From Octopus sinensis (lineage: Eukaryota), in NCBI RefSeq assembly GCF_006345805.1, contig NC_042999.1:65720001-65784000 (forward strand): a stretch of DNA of 64,000 nt, in the 5' to 3' direction. Positions 1 through 13,834 of this stretch are shown here, in pieces. The notes under the pieces are model-generated. The model had not been told where the DNA came from and ran no database searches. It saw only the letters and a list, made by a program, of their open reading frames with translations. The stretch's first letter is position 1; each line of letters starts with the position of its first letter. The translations under genes and the position numbers were made by a program.

Positions 1-372
1 TATATACATATATATATACATATATATACATATTATATACATATATAATATACATATATATATTACATATATATACATCTATATATACATATATATATAT
101 ATTATATACATATATATACATATATATATATACTATATATATACATATATATATACCATATACATATATATACATATACATATATTATATATACATATTA
201 TATATATATATATATCTATATATATATACATATATATATATATACCTATATATACATATATATATATATACATATATATACATATATATATATACATATA
301 TATACATATATATATATATATACATATATATACATATATATAATATAATATAATACATATATATACATATAT

Positions 373-407
<35 letters not shown>

Positions 408-408
408 C

Positions 409-441
<33 letters not shown>

Positions 442-610
442 CATATATATACATATATATACATATATATACATATATATATATATATACATATATATAT
501 AATATATATAATATATATATATATATCCATATATATATACGTACGTACATATATATATATTATATATATATATGTGTGTGTGTGTATAAATGTATTATGT
601 GTGTGCACGT
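1..610. repeat. Compound (TA)n/(TACA)n microsatellite
   Basis: Directly visible. Confidence 0.95.
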
Positions 611-1325
611 ATATACATGCGTAATGAGAGATGGGGAGTCCCTTATGGCCATTGGATTGCATCAAATGCCATTTACATGATTGGTCACTTTACTGTTGAA
701 CCAAATTAATGTTTACAAGTCCAAACATTAACAACCAATGTGATTGCTCTCGTGTTGCTTAAAACCAATTATAGACACTCCATTTGCTGCTTTGTGCCCT
801 ACTGACAACGCACATTGATTTTTATTCCATTTTCAAACAGAAACGTTCGAACCATTACATTCTTCTCTCTTTGTGGCATGGCATTAATCGAAGTCTTTAA
901 CTCTTCTATTATCTTTCATGATTGCTAACATGATTGCGTAGACGTTTGCTAGTTTCTTGGAATTTAAACGGAACTTTCTATTTAAAGAATTTGTTAGTAT
1001 TATAATACAACTTTTAACCTTTCCCTATGAATGTAGGTTCACAATTCAGATTCCTAACAAAATTCGAAACAATCTACTCCATCGAAGTTACAATATTTAA
1101 ATAAGGCATGGACACCTTATCACTTTTGATGTTGTTGCATTAACTCCAGCACTCTCCAAATCCAATCCATTAGATCTTCCGAACTGTCACTCCACCGTCC
1201 AGTTGTTTCTACTACTCAGTCAGTGTTCTCCGCTCCCTGGATTAGGCTGAGATGATATAATTCAAGCCAAGCATTTCCGACTCACTTGTCTCTCCTCTGG
1301 ACGACGATATGTCCCTCATTTCTAA

Positions 1326-1556
1326 GGCGGCGAGCGGGCAGAAACGTTAGCACGCCTGGCGAAATGCGTAGCCGTATTTCGTCTGCCGTCTCTTTCTGAG
1401 TTCAAATTACGCCGAGGTCGACTTTGCCTTTCATCCGTTCGGGGTCGATAAATTAAGTACCAGTTACGCACTGGGGTCGATGTGATCGACTTAATTCGTT
1501 TGTCTGTCCTTGTTTGTCCCCTTTGTGTTTAGCCCCTTGCAAGTAGTAAAGAAATA
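1326..1556 (+). mobile_element. tRNA-derived SINE family A, full length
   Basis: A-box-like GGCGGCGAGC(T)GGCAGAA, B box GAGTTCAAATT, central GCCTTTCATCC..CGGGGTCGATAAATTAAGTACCAG (resembles the Deu/Nin domain). Confidence 0.85.
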
Positions 1557-2134
1557 GATATGTTACTTAATCCAGGCGTCGCTTTAAGAATCACATGCAG
1601 TACTTCCTGTATGTTTTTCCAAACATTTACATATCGACTGTTTCTACTAGAACGCAGTTGTATGTTGTTATTTAATTTTTAATAGATGGAAATGGACTCA
1701 TGTGATAAGCCTGGTCCGCTACCGAGCTCATTGACACAGCTGATTCTAGACCAATCTGTTGAAAATATTTACATCAGATGCGTATTTTCAGGAATCGACC
1801 AGGAACTCTCCTTTATACATTATTTTTCTAAATCCATCATTTACTGAGGGCCTACTAGTATTTTATGACGACATCTATTCTCTTCATAAGCTATAATATT
1901 CTTCATATTATTTGTTTCATATTTTGCCACGAGGACACATAGATATAATTTCCTTCTTGACAGATCTTAGATACGGAGCATTTACTGAGAAGGCCTACTA
2001 GTGTCTTATGACGTCTGCTATTCTTTTCATAAGCTCGTAATATAATTTGTTTCAAATTTTGCCACGAGGACACATACATATAATTTTCTTTTTGATGATT
2101 CCATTTATGTTAGTTAGAATAACACAGAGGAGTT

Positions 2135-2450
2135 GTAAGTCGATAACATCTCTCCTATTGCTCAACTTGTACTTATTTTATTGACTCCGAGATCGTGAAA
2201 TTTAAAGTGGACCTCGGCGGAAATTGAACTCAGAACGTTATGATGGACTAATTGCCGATAAGCATTTTAATGATTCTGCCAGCTCGCCGCTTTAAAGCTA
2301 GTAGTATCATTGTTGAACCAAATAATTAGTGCACCGGGCAAAATGCTTGACAGCACTTCGTCTGACTTTATGCTTTGAGTTCAAATTCCGCCTAGATCGA
2401 CTTTGTCTTTCATTCTTTCGAGGTCGTTGAAATACGTACCAGTTGAGGAC
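2135..2450. mobile_element. Head-to-head pair of SINE A copies (minus 2135-2292, plus ~2325-2450)
   Basis: Homology to 1326-1556 in opposite orientations. Confidence 0.75.
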
Positions 2451-2529
2451 TTCTCCAAAATTACTGGTCTTGGGGCAACATTTGAAACCAATATTATTCA
2501 TAAATCAAACAGTCTTTTCTGAGGAATGT

Positions 2530-3345
2530 TAGAATGCCGGTTGTGCTTTCTCTCTCTTTCAAGAAAAATAGCGATGGCTATTGAAAAAAATGTTCTATTC
2601 GGACCTTAGCGGGTCGGAATTGTCCACTTCAGAAGAAGAATTAGTAGAAGCAGTTAACAGAATGGGCGGATGTATTGGAAGGAAGAAGAGTTTCGCTGAG
2701 GTAACGGAGTTAAAGAGGAATGAACTAGACTTGTCTAAAATGGAAGAGCATCAAAATATGGTACATAAAGAAGGTAGTGACGTGAAGTTGTCGCCTCCAC
2801 AGAATGATATGGAGGACATGATGAAGAAAACTATTGTGTATAAAGTCTATTCAGTGGAACAGAAAAAAGGTAGACCAAGGAGAAACCGAAACAACTGAGA
2901 AGGCGTTGTGCGAGGTATCTAAGGATATGGTGTTTTTGGCAAGTGGAAGCAAATATGGGACGGTGGTGGTCCAGTTCAAGGCGGTGGAACCCACCCATCT
3001 CCCTCCTACACTAGCAAAAATGAAAAAAGAAACATGCACAACAAAGAACAAAGAGTCCCCCTCCCCGCGAAGTGAATTACGTTTACATATTGACAAACAG
3101 AAATACGGAGCTAATTCAAAAAGTAACAAGCTGTGAATACAGAAAAATATCATGCAACACTATATAAAAAGGGTATGAAGATGTGGAGAATACATGAGGA
3201 CATAATAAAAATACCGGTTAATATTGAATGTAGATGTCTGTTGAAAAAATATGGGATCGACGTGAAGAAAGGACTCCCAACGAGTAAATGATGCTGCATG
3301 TGGTGGCGCAGGCAGCTCCATTTCCATTTTCTCATTTCATATTTC
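2530..3345 (+). mobile_element. Probable internally deleted LINE (ORF1-like segment with frameshift joined to a 3'-end-like segment)
   Basis: Overlapping ORFs 2581-2898 and 2834-3136 join into one reading at an A-run; followed by WRIHEDIIKIP…* and a (CATTT)-like tail. Confidence 0.35.
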
Positions 3346-3489
3346 ATTTCATATTATCACTTTTATAATTTTATTTGTAATTTCATTTTAAGTTTTGTGT
3401 TATATGTCCCCACATGTGTATGTATTGTAGCCTCTTAATTTAGCCCCTTGTAGGCAATAAAGAAAACCTTATTCTTTGTGAAAGTTTTG

Positions 3490-4589
3490 AAGAGTACAGT
3501 TCGATTTTAACAGTTATTTTTTCAAACCTGTAATGGAAGTGACAAAAGAGTATATTTTGTTTTATGAGTTCAGTTACGGCAACAACACAGCGGAAAGTGC
3601 GAAGAATATTAATGCAGTATATTCGGATCGGACAATACGCGTAAGCCAGTGTCAACTGCGGTTCCAGAAATTCCGAGCCGGAAACTAGAGCCTAGAAGAC
3701 GAGCCACGTCTTAGAAGATCTGTAGAGCTCGATGAGGACATCCTGCAAAACCTGGTGGAACAAAATCCCATCATAACTGTCAAGGGACCAGCAGAAAATA
3801 TTTTATTTTGTCATTCAACAATTCATTGTCACCAGCGTGCCATCGGAAGTCAGCAAATTGGGTCAATCGATTCCTCACAAACTTACCGAGTCTAATAACA
3901 CACTGAGAGTGAATGTGTTTTCTTTGCTATCACGTCTCACGAAAGAATTGTTTTTGGACTGAATAGTGACTGATGACGAGAAATGGGCTCTCTATAAAAA
4001 TGTCAAGCGCTGAAGGCAGTGTGTAGGGAAAGGAGAAACACCCGCACCCCAGGCTAAATATCTTCACCCACGTAACGTGTTGTTATCTGATAGGTTTAGT
4101 CGACCTTGAATTTTTAACCTAAACCAAACGATAACAAAGGAGGTCTTGGGCTGTTTATGTCAGCGCTAGAAGAAAAATGACCATCTTTGGTTTCAACACG
4201 AAAGTTGTTCTTCCATCAGGCTAATAATGCTCGGCACATACAGCACAAGAGACATTCCAAACGCTGGAGTGGTTTCAATGGGAAACGATTCCCCGCCCAC
4301 CATATTCGCCGAACATTGCCGTTGTGATTATTATTCATTCCGCAGTCTTCAGAATCAACTGGACGGAAAAAATATGAATGTTGTAGACGAGATCAGAACA
4401 ATAATGGAGTATTTTTCGTCACGGACAAAGACATTTTGGAAGAGAGACCTTGCAAGTTTACCAGATAGATGGAAAAAGCAGTGTAGAAAACAAAGTAGAG
4501 TATATTTTAGGTTAAATGAGAACTTTGTTTATCTTAATTTTGAAACATAAAAAAAGAATAAAACTCGCATCATTTATGGCATGACCCAA
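3490..4589 (+). mobile_element. Decayed mariner transposon (left TIR lost)
   Basis: Fragments YEFSYGNNTAESAKNIN, IPHKLT, IVTDDEKWALYKNVKR, CDYYSFRSLQNQLDGK. Right TIR …GCATCATTTATGGCATGACCCAA resembles that of the 18979 element. Confidence 0.85.
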
Positions 4590-5299
4590 CATATATATAT
4601 AAAACTTACAAATCGACCGCAATTTTCCACTGGTATTTATTTCATTGAGAATGGAAGATTGAAAGGTAAAGCTGACATCGACGGGATTTGAACGTAAAGA
4701 CGAAATGCCAATGATATACTCGAATAACTCCCAATCTCAAATGTTGAATTTTAATTGAAAACCTACTTCCTTTAATTAATGATAAATAACATTTTCGTCG
4801 GACTTCCTTTAACGATGTTTGAGTTTCCACTGCTTACGTTTTTAATGCAGGTTTAAAATAAATTGAAAACACAGCACCCCACCGGCGTCAACATATCTTA
4901 ATACTACTGACTAGTGATTTCTATGGTACTAAATCGATGGTGATTATCTTCTAAGCACTAGAACCAGAGTTACCACATGTGGTTTCCTCCTATCTCTTCA
5001 TATATTAACTTAGAGAAAGCTTAGGCTGGACTTGCGACGTGTCATACCGATATGATGACATCCAGGTGTGAGGTGCTTGGCCTGTGCTTCACAGTCTGAA
5101 ACATAACAAAATACCAATATTCAACTGCATTTCAGATAAAGATTTTCTTATATTCTTAGTAATTTTTCCTCTCATTTTTGTATCACTTTTAAGAATGATC
5201 TCTTCTGCATATTCACATATAAAAGGATGATCAACTTAACTTTTTGTAAACGTTCAATTTCTATTAGTCCTCTCTACTATATGCACAAGGCCTGAAATT

Positions 5300-5463
5300 T
5301 GGGGGAGGGGAACAGTCGATTATATCGACCCCAGTGGTACTTAATTTATAAACCCCAAAATGATAAAAGGCAAAGTCGACCTCGGTAGAATTTAAACGTC
5401 AGAACGTTGCGATGGGAGAAATACTGTCCCGTGTGTTAACGATTCTACCTGTTCACCGCCTTA
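5300..5463 (-). mobile_element. SINE family A
   Basis: AAAGGCAAAGTCGACCTCGGTAGAATTTAAAC, reverse complement of the family core. Confidence 0.75.
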
Positions 5464-6124
5464 ATGACTTTCTTAATAGTGAAAGAACTTGCATGTCACG
5501 CTAATTCTAACGTTATCAAGATTGACAACAAATTAAGCAATCGATGCAAATATAAATGGCTCAGATTGCTAATTAAAATATAAATGTATACATTCAAATT
5601 ATACCGAGCGAAAGATAGCAAAGATAAAAATGTTAACTGCATACACTTGTTGCTCAGGTGCAAGTTTCACGTGCTCTTCAGAATTAGGCATTTAAAATAG
5701 AAACAACTTATTTATTTATACAGAATGAATTACAAAATTTTATTTTTGTGCAGTTATGTCATAGAAGAATGCATATTTGTGTATATACACACACATATAC
5801 ATGTTTATGTATAGTAATAGAGTAGTGTATTTTTCGTAACGCATTGTCTGATATATGTAAACGTTTCTCATTAATTTTTTACAGCCAAAGTTATTCAAGA
5901 TATAAAAAAAAACCCAGCTTGTGCAGATTGATGGTTATAGAGATTCCATTCAAATAATTGTCGTGCTTTCCCTCCTGTAGAAAAATTCACTTTTAACACT
6001 TTGTCACTTATGACACTATGTTTGACAATTCAGTCACGTAATCAGAAAAGAAAAAAGAAACGGTAAAGCCAATTATTTTTTTTATATATTTATATTAAAG
6101 TTGGGGCGAAAGAGTACAACAGGG

Positions 6125-6268
6125 GTCTTCACCACCCCCTACCGGAGCCTCGTGGAGCTTTTAGGTGATTTCACTAAACACACACAACGCCCGGTCTGGG
6201 AATCGAAACCGCGATCTTCCGACCGCGAGTCCGCTGCCCTAACCACTGGGCCATTGCGCCTCCACAAT
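6125..6268 (-). mobile_element. tRNA-derived SINE family C; related copies ~17765-17942 (-), ~25915-26150 (+), ~62225-62510 (-)
   Basis: Minus strand GGCGCAATGGCCCAGTGGTTAGGGCAGCGGACTCGCGGTCGGAAGATCGCGGTTTCGATTCCC has A and B boxes, followed by a non-tRNA tail. Confidence 0.75.
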
Positions 6269-6311
6269 GCCGATTATAAAACATATTTTTAATTTTTCAG
6301 TTGGTTATGCC

Positions 6312-6419
6312 ATCTAGATTATTCTAAGACTTAGAATATCTAGATTATTCTAAGACTTAGAATATCTAGATTATTCTAAGACTTAGAATATCTAGATTAT
6401 TCTAAGACTTAGAATATCT
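6312..6419. repeat. Perfect 4 x 26-bp palindromic minisatellite
   Basis: Unit ATCTAGATTATTCTAAGACTTAGAAT at 6312, 6338, 6364, 6390. Confidence 0.95.
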
Positions 6420-7169
6420 GCATTTTACTATATCTATAAAACCTCTCATCTAAATATTGTAGTTAGCCTGCCATCATTTGAATTAGCTGTTGATGGAAAA
6501 ACATCCAGTGAGGGCATACTTAAGACTTACTTCTATCTAACTACCCATTTCTTTATTTATCTATCTATCTATCCATTCCCATCTATGTCTCTCTCTATCT
6601 GTATCACTATCTATCTGGCCGACTCTCTTGTTTGTTGTGACTTAGTGGTTAGGTTATTCGGCTCAAAATCGTAAGTTCGTCAGTTCAATATCCGGTGGTG
6701 CATTGCGTTCTATTTCACGCAGCTTCACTCCACTCATTTGGTAAAAAGGATTTGTATCTGTAATTCACTATCTGTGTCATGCTGAATCTCACTGAAAATT
6801 GTGTTAAGAGTACGCCCTGTTTCTTGAGGGCTCGACCACTTGCACGTTCATTTCACGAGCAGGCCGTTCTGTTCATCAGAACAACGGGAGCACTCGTCGT
6901 AATCGACGGAGTGCCAGTATATATGTGTATATAGATATATGTGTGTGTGTATATGTACATCTGTGTGCGCGTGCACGCGCACACACAAACACACACACGC
7001 ACATATATATATTTCGCTTTTGTATCTGGTTTGCAAGATCCTTTATGTGAATTCGTGTGTTGAAGCAAATTTTGTTACGTCTGGGGACAGACAGATTGTC
7101 TTAATGCCTTATTATCTAACACGCCCACTGGTTCGATTTCCACTCATAATTTATGTTTGTGATTCTTCC

Positions 7170-7216
<47 letters not shown>

Positions 7217-7218
7217 CT

Positions 7219-7252
<34 letters not shown>

Positions 7253-8391
7253 CAGGCACACACGAATGTATGTTTATGCGTGTGCGTGCGGATGTCTGGG
7301 TGGATGCATATTTGAGTAGGTGGAGTTGAGTTTACGTCGTCAATCATTGATGAAGGACAATCGAGCAGAATAGCAGGTTATGCAAGACTTTGATGTCATG
7401 CTGTCACGTCGTTGGAAGACGTATAAATGTGCCTAGACATGCATGCTTCTATATTATCAATTTGGATGACAGCTTTATGGTATGTGTCTTGTTTCTAATT
7501 ATGGATTATCAATGTTTTCACATAGCACCAATTCATAGAAAGTTGACTGAGGTCTACAGACTCAGAACCATGCAATGCCCTTAAGTATATGCACAAAAAC
7601 AAAAACTAAGTATATGCACAAAAACACAGCGGCACACTCCCACACACCTATATAGCTGTATTCATTTACATGTTTTATTAATTAGATTGCAACCATGCAA
7701 TTGTACCGCTTTCAAGGTTTTAGTGGAATAAATCGACACCAACGCATGTTTTTAAAGCCTTGTACTTATTCTATCTGTCCTTTGAGCGAATCGCTAGGTT
7801 ATGGAGACGTAGAGGAACCTAAACCGTGGTGAATTTTAGTTAAGAGACAAAAAACAAAGATAGACACCCACAGACAAATATATATAAATTTGCATATGTG
7901 TATTTATGATTTATATGAGGTGTAGTGAAAACGTATCCGATCTTGATTTGTTTTTTTGTTGCACAAAATGACAATGCATGAACTGTGTCCGAATATGTAT
8001 AAGGTGGCGGTGTCCTTCCTGATCATGAGCGAATGTTTGCATGTCAGTAGTTTGCGCTATTCGCCCGCAGGGACGCGTTTAGTACAGATGTGAAGAATGT
8101 GCTGTGTGATTTTTCTTTTTGAGACAAGACGACCGAGAACATTGAGCAGTCGTAGAGGGGGGTGTAGATAGAGAGCCGACAACTGTTGAAGGGTTATTCT
8201 TTGTATTACTTGTCCCCTTTTTTCTCGTTATGTGGGTATTGCACTCATTTGTTTCCGTAGTTCATGTTGTATACTGTTGGTAACGTCTTGTACCCATATA
8301 TCCATGTGTGTGTGTGTGTATATATATGTGTATATTATTATTTACTTGAACGACACGTACCCATTTCCAAGTATGTATCTGTATATATATA

Positions 8392-8430
<39 letters not shown>

Positions 8431-8861
8431 GCTCACACAAACACAAGGACACACATATACATATGTATGTACATTGGTATTTATGTGTGTATATAGATAT
8501 GTATACATGTGCGCGAGCGTATGTGTGTGAAATCAAACCTGATTCAATAGCCTTCTTAATGAATGCCATTGAATTATATACATTCCTTCCCGAAAAAAAA
8601 AAAACACGATGTTCAAAGCTGAAGTAATTTTGAACATAGGCCTCCTCGATAAGGGTCCTGAATGACAATAATGGTGATTGCGTGTGTTACACAATTGCAT
8701 ACTAAACCCTGCAATAGCTTCTCCGTTTCCCACCGTTTCCGTGATTCTTATGATGTTACATTTCATCAACTTTGAAACTATAATTTCTCCAGCCACCCTA
8801 AGGAATAGATATTCATTATTCCAATGGTAAAGCTGAGAAACGGCCTGAACCATTACTTATT

Positions 8862-9812
8862 TACTACGCACAAGGGGCTAAACACAGAGAGGACGAACAA
8901 GGACAGACAAACGGATCAAGTCGATTACATCGACCCCAGTGAGTAACTGTTACTTATTTAATCGACTCCGAAAAGATGAAAGGCAAAGTCGACCTCGGCG
9001 GAATTTGAACTCAGAACGTAGCGGCAGACGAAATACTGCTAAGCATTTCACCCGGCGTGCTAACGTTTCTGCCAGCTCGCCGCCTTTTGTCCACGCCGGA
9101 CGAAACAATTAGCGGAATTTCATCCGTTTTATGTTAGTATTTCAAATTCTGCATAAGTCGAATTAGTTTTTATCTACCGGGACTAATGAATTAAGCAGCA
9201 ATTGAGCACTGGCGTCGATACAATCGACCTGCCATCCTTCAAAAACGGTAAGGTGTAAAGCAGAAGTCCGGGCAAGTTGTTTATGGAAGACCAGCAGTTT
9301 CCCATGCATTCAAGCCTCCCTTCTCCACACCACTGATGTTGCTGAAAGGTAAGGCAAAGGCCGATACAGGTACGTACAAGTGATGTCGCAACTCATTTCT
9401 ACACATAAATGAACTAGAGCAACGTGAAATAAAGTGTTTTGCTCAAAAGCACAACACACAGCTCGGTCTGGGATTCGAACTCACTACTCTTTGATTATGA
9501 TCCCGAAGCCCTAACCCCTGTACCTTCACATCCCTCACAAAACAGCGTTAATATTTCAAATCTTCTGCCAATTCAGTGGCGAGCTCGCTGAATTGTTAAC
9601 ATATGTTAGACAAAACGCTTAGCGGTATTTCTTTCGGCTGGCAGAAAGAAAGGCGGCGAGCTGGCAGAAACGTTAGCACGCCGCGCGAAATGAGTAACCG
9701 TATTTCGTCTGTCGCTACGTTCTGAGTTCAATTTACGCCGAGGTCGACTTTGCCTTTCATCCTATCGGGGTCGATTAAATAAGTACCAGTTATGCACTGG
9801 GGTCGATATAAC
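8862..9812. mobile_element. SINE cluster: A (-) 8862-9086, degenerate A (+) ~9090-9235, C (-) ~9405-9525, A (+) 9651-9812
   Basis: Homology to family cores elsewhere in the window. Confidence 0.8.
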
Positions 9813-10864
9813 CGTGCTCTGTGGTTTATGTAACCGATTAAGCTACTTCTGTAAAATATGGAATATTATGCCTATGGTAGAAAGAGTATACAGATAGCCG
9901 GTAGCTTCGTCTGACTACCTTATCACTATATGATGGTGAGTATCGTTGAGGTGATAGTGAAAACTCGGAATACATCATTTGCGGCGGCTATTCTTACTCT
10001 CATTTCTAGTGATTTATCTTTTTTTTTCATTTATACTCATCAAGCAAGTCATGAAATTCACAAACTCTCACGCCTCAAATTCGTTGAAAATTATAAGGTT
10101 TACGCCATCAAATGTAATCGATACTTGTGACTTTTGACACAGTTTCAAGAACGATGCCAGTTTATTATGTTTTAAATATGTTTTATTAATTTTGCCCTGA
10201 CACTGTACACGCCCACTTGTAAAATGTAATTAAATTGTATTCAGGCAATTTTGTCTTTTCTCATATAACTGAAGTTTTAAAATAAAATCGAAAGAAAAAA
10301 GAAAACTTGTCATACGTTCTTTATAATCTGTGTTGAGAAGTAGTTCATTTTACTCTTCTGCTAATTGCATTACAAGGAGATTTCCTATGGCTTGTAGACC
10401 GCAACTGAAAGCAAGCATACACGCATCCATGTATTCGTCCATACACGAATACACGCAAAGACACCTATACGCACATTGAAAGATACACGAGAAAGCTCGC
10501 TCAGAAGCACACAAGTTACATACATAGACACACGGTCATGTTCGTTTTATGTTAAAGGCACGAATAAACCACGTGTATTTTCTGTTAGAATTGAGGATAT
10601 GGATTTCTGTCTGAAAATAAATAAATACGTAAATAAATAAATAAAATAACTATAAAAAGCTTTTTTATTACAGAAATATTTAATTTTCTAGATATCTCAA
10701 CATTATCCACGCGTTGTTATTTTGGTTTCCCATGAATATATTTTGAACTAGACTTGGCACACAACCAGTTTTTCTGAAAGGGAACTTTCTTTTTTCGTTA
10801 TCCTATTATTAGTACTGTCATGGCTATGAAAACACGAGTGACATTTAATTTATTATAGTTGTTA

Positions 10865-11090
10865 ATGTTATCATCATCACCATTACTAGCAGAACTACTA
10901 CCACCACTACCACCAACAATATTATCCCCACCACTGGAACCAACACTATCACTACCGCCATCATCATTATCATGACCACCACCACAACTACCACCAACAA
11001 CTCAATTACCACTAGCACAACTTCCTCCTCCTCCACCACTATATTCATCATCATCTTCACCACCAACATCACCACCACTACTACTACTTA
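10865..11090. repeat. Degenerate trinucleotide (ACC/ACT/ATC)n repeat
   Basis: Directly visible. Confidence 0.9.
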
Positions 11091-11134
11091 TAGTGTAGTG
11101 ACTCCTAATTACATTAACCGTTTTTTTTTTAAAT

Positions 11135-12034
11135 CATGAGGTTTGGTGCCAACAAGTCTCCTCAAATCTCAAAAACCTTTCCTAGGATTTTTGCAGAATA
11201 GAAGATGATATTATTCTGCAAGTCGTCTATGTGAGTTTCAATTTCTTTCAGTCCTTTTGGTAGCATTTTGGCTGCTGTCCTAAGGGTACCAAATACTGCA
11301 GGTAGATTGCTGTTTTGGTCTTCCACAGTCTTCTCATATAATTATTATTATTATCATCATCATCATCCAAATTTCACCGATGTCGACTTCGAGTTTCATC
11401 CTTTCGGGGTCGAAAAAATAAGGACCTCAAAAGATAATACTTTCTTTAAGATGTGCGCTGTGCCCAATTAGGCTGCTTTTTACAAGACGCCAATCTTGCA
11501 TGGGATTTCCAGTTGCCTTAAGAAGTTTTGAAGTTTCAATGGAATTGAGCCCAACGCTCCGATCACCGCTGGTATCACTTTTACATTACCCTCTCGCATT
11601 CCATAGTCTTGCCATTTCCACTTTCAACTCGGAGTACTTGGTGACTTTTTCAACCTCTTTTCTCACAACATTCATGTCATTTGGTATGGCTACATCAATG
11701 ATCTGACCGTATTTGTCTCTCTTGTACAATATGACAATATCCAGCCGACGATGTTCGGTAACACGATCCGACTAAAAATCTTAGTCCCTGAGTATCATTA
11801 ATTTTCCACCCTCTTGCATAACTTTACTTGGTACATGCTCATACCAGTTCTCTGTTACTTCATATTGGTATTTACGGCATAAGAGCCAATGAAGACACAC
11901 TCACACTTTATCATGGCGACGCTTGTATTCTTTTTGTGCAAGGCTCTCACATCCACTTACAAAGTGGGTCACATTTTCCATACACTTTATTATCATTATT
12001 ATCATCATTATTGTTGTTGTTGTTATCATTATTA

Positions 12035-12068
<34 letters not shown>

Positions 12069-12790
12069 TACTTCGCAGAGGTCTCGGTCTAGCTTGCACT
12101 TATTGATGCTGTGTGAGATGGCTGCAACTGGTTGTCAGAGGTGACACAGGTTCTCTTTCCGCAAGTTGCAAGCTTTGGTACTTGGATGTTAATGATTGTG
12201 GAAGACAGTCAACCCTCAGACACCAGTCTCGAAATCCTACCTGTCCCCAATCAAGCTGTTTTTTGGGACTGCTGTGCCCTCATGTCAATTTTTGTTCCTC
12301 CGATATATTTCTCGAACCTGGTTGTCAGTGCTTTTAGTGCCCCTACATTTACAAGGATAACAGTCACTCTCCTCATTGCCCACATTCTTGCAATTTCGTC
12401 TTTCACTAATCTGTATTATTCCACTTTCTCCAGCTGTTTATCATCTCTGCGTGCATTTCGAAGTACAGTAATATCTTTGATATTAGTATCCTTCCTCCTT
12501 TAATCTACCACAATAATGTCTGGTCTCCGACTATCCATTAGGGGGTTATGTTGGATGCATTTCGAAGTACAGTAATATCTTTGATATTAGTTTCCTTCCT
12601 CCTTTAATCTATCACAATAATGTCTGGTCTCCGACTATCGATTAGGAGGTTATATTGGATTGTAAAATCACACAGGATCTTGTATTCATTGTTCTGAGTG
12701 ATACCCTTTGGTTCGTGTTTGTGCCATTTCTGTGTTCTGCCCAGGATCGGGATGTGCCAATGTTCGTTGCAGGCTGACTAAGTCAGGAGA
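11135..12790 (-). mobile_element. Three serial 3' fragments of R4/Dong-like (RLE-type) non-LTR retrotransposons (~11135-11335, ~11470-11985, ~12065-12790)
   Basis: Minus-strand translations ENVTHFVSGCESLAQKEYKRRHDKV, HRRLDIVI…IIDVAIPND, SRRPDIIV, VFGTLRTAAKMLPKGL; separated by (AAT)n-rich tracts. Confidence 0.8.
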
Positions 12791-13757
12791 GGTCGATGCA
12801 GTTGATGACTAATTAGTACTTCCATAAGTTAATGAGTATGTGAAATGCATGAAAGGAGTAGAATAATGAAACCTCTTTATGGTAATCTCTGTTCCAGCGT
12901 TTAAAATTGCTTGAGATATTAACAGAAGGAAAGGCAAGAAATTTGTGTAATGTTGGGCACAGTTGATTTGCTACTTGTTAGATAAATGAATAAGGAATTA
13001 AATCATATGAGGAAGAAAGAAAACGGACATTCTCTCATGCGGTTTGCGCAACCTATGCACAATAGAGGATGCCTATACTTTATAACTGGGTAACTTCTGT
13101 TCCTTTAAGTATCTTTTTATCTATTGCTACATAAAACATTGCAAGCAAGTGATATATGGCAATAATTACATGATTTGATGCACTGGGATGCTGTCATTTC
13201 ATTAGCATGTTAAATAACACTGGAAAATTATGCAAAGATGAAAGAAGCAGTCAAACCATAGCGATATGTGAACTAACAATAAAACTGATTTTCCTAATCA
13301 CATAGTGCAGCGCTTTACCTGTTCTACAAATTTTCTGCTTCATTTCATCATGTATAAGATTGAAATTTTCATGCTATAAATGAGTGGCGCAATTGATTAG
13401 CAAAGAAAGTCTTTTGTATTTCATATTGCGTCTAACTTGTAGATCAAATATGATTATAGCTGACACACAAAAAATGCTAAATAACCTTTGTCTACTCCTG
13501 ATGTAAGCACTAGGACAGTCATTTGAAGAGAAGCGCCATTCGAATAGAGCGATCCGATACTTTAAGTATCACCACGTGAGATTCGAAACCGGAGTACAAA
13601 GAAGAGCGAAAAATACTGCTTAACTAATTTGCCACCTGCACTTCATTATGTATTACGGGGAAATTTAGAGACTCTTTATTACTTCTTTTATCAATAATTC
13701 TGGGTAGTAAAAGTAAAGTACTTTTCCGAGTTATATGTCCGGTTTCCCGGTTTCCAT

Positions 13758-13829
<72 letters not shown>

Positions 13830-13834
<5 letters not shown>

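Noticed and set aside
133-665. YI/CV/TH-rich ORFs here and throughout the ORF track
   Set aside because: Translations of TA, CA, TACA and ATCT microsatellites; not genes.
1841-2100. Diverged ~140-bp tandem duplication
   Set aside because: Real but unremarkable; no coding or structural signal found.
6200-6268. tRNA gene
   Set aside because: A/B boxes are present but the sequence continues into a repeated SINE tail and has no clean acceptor stem.
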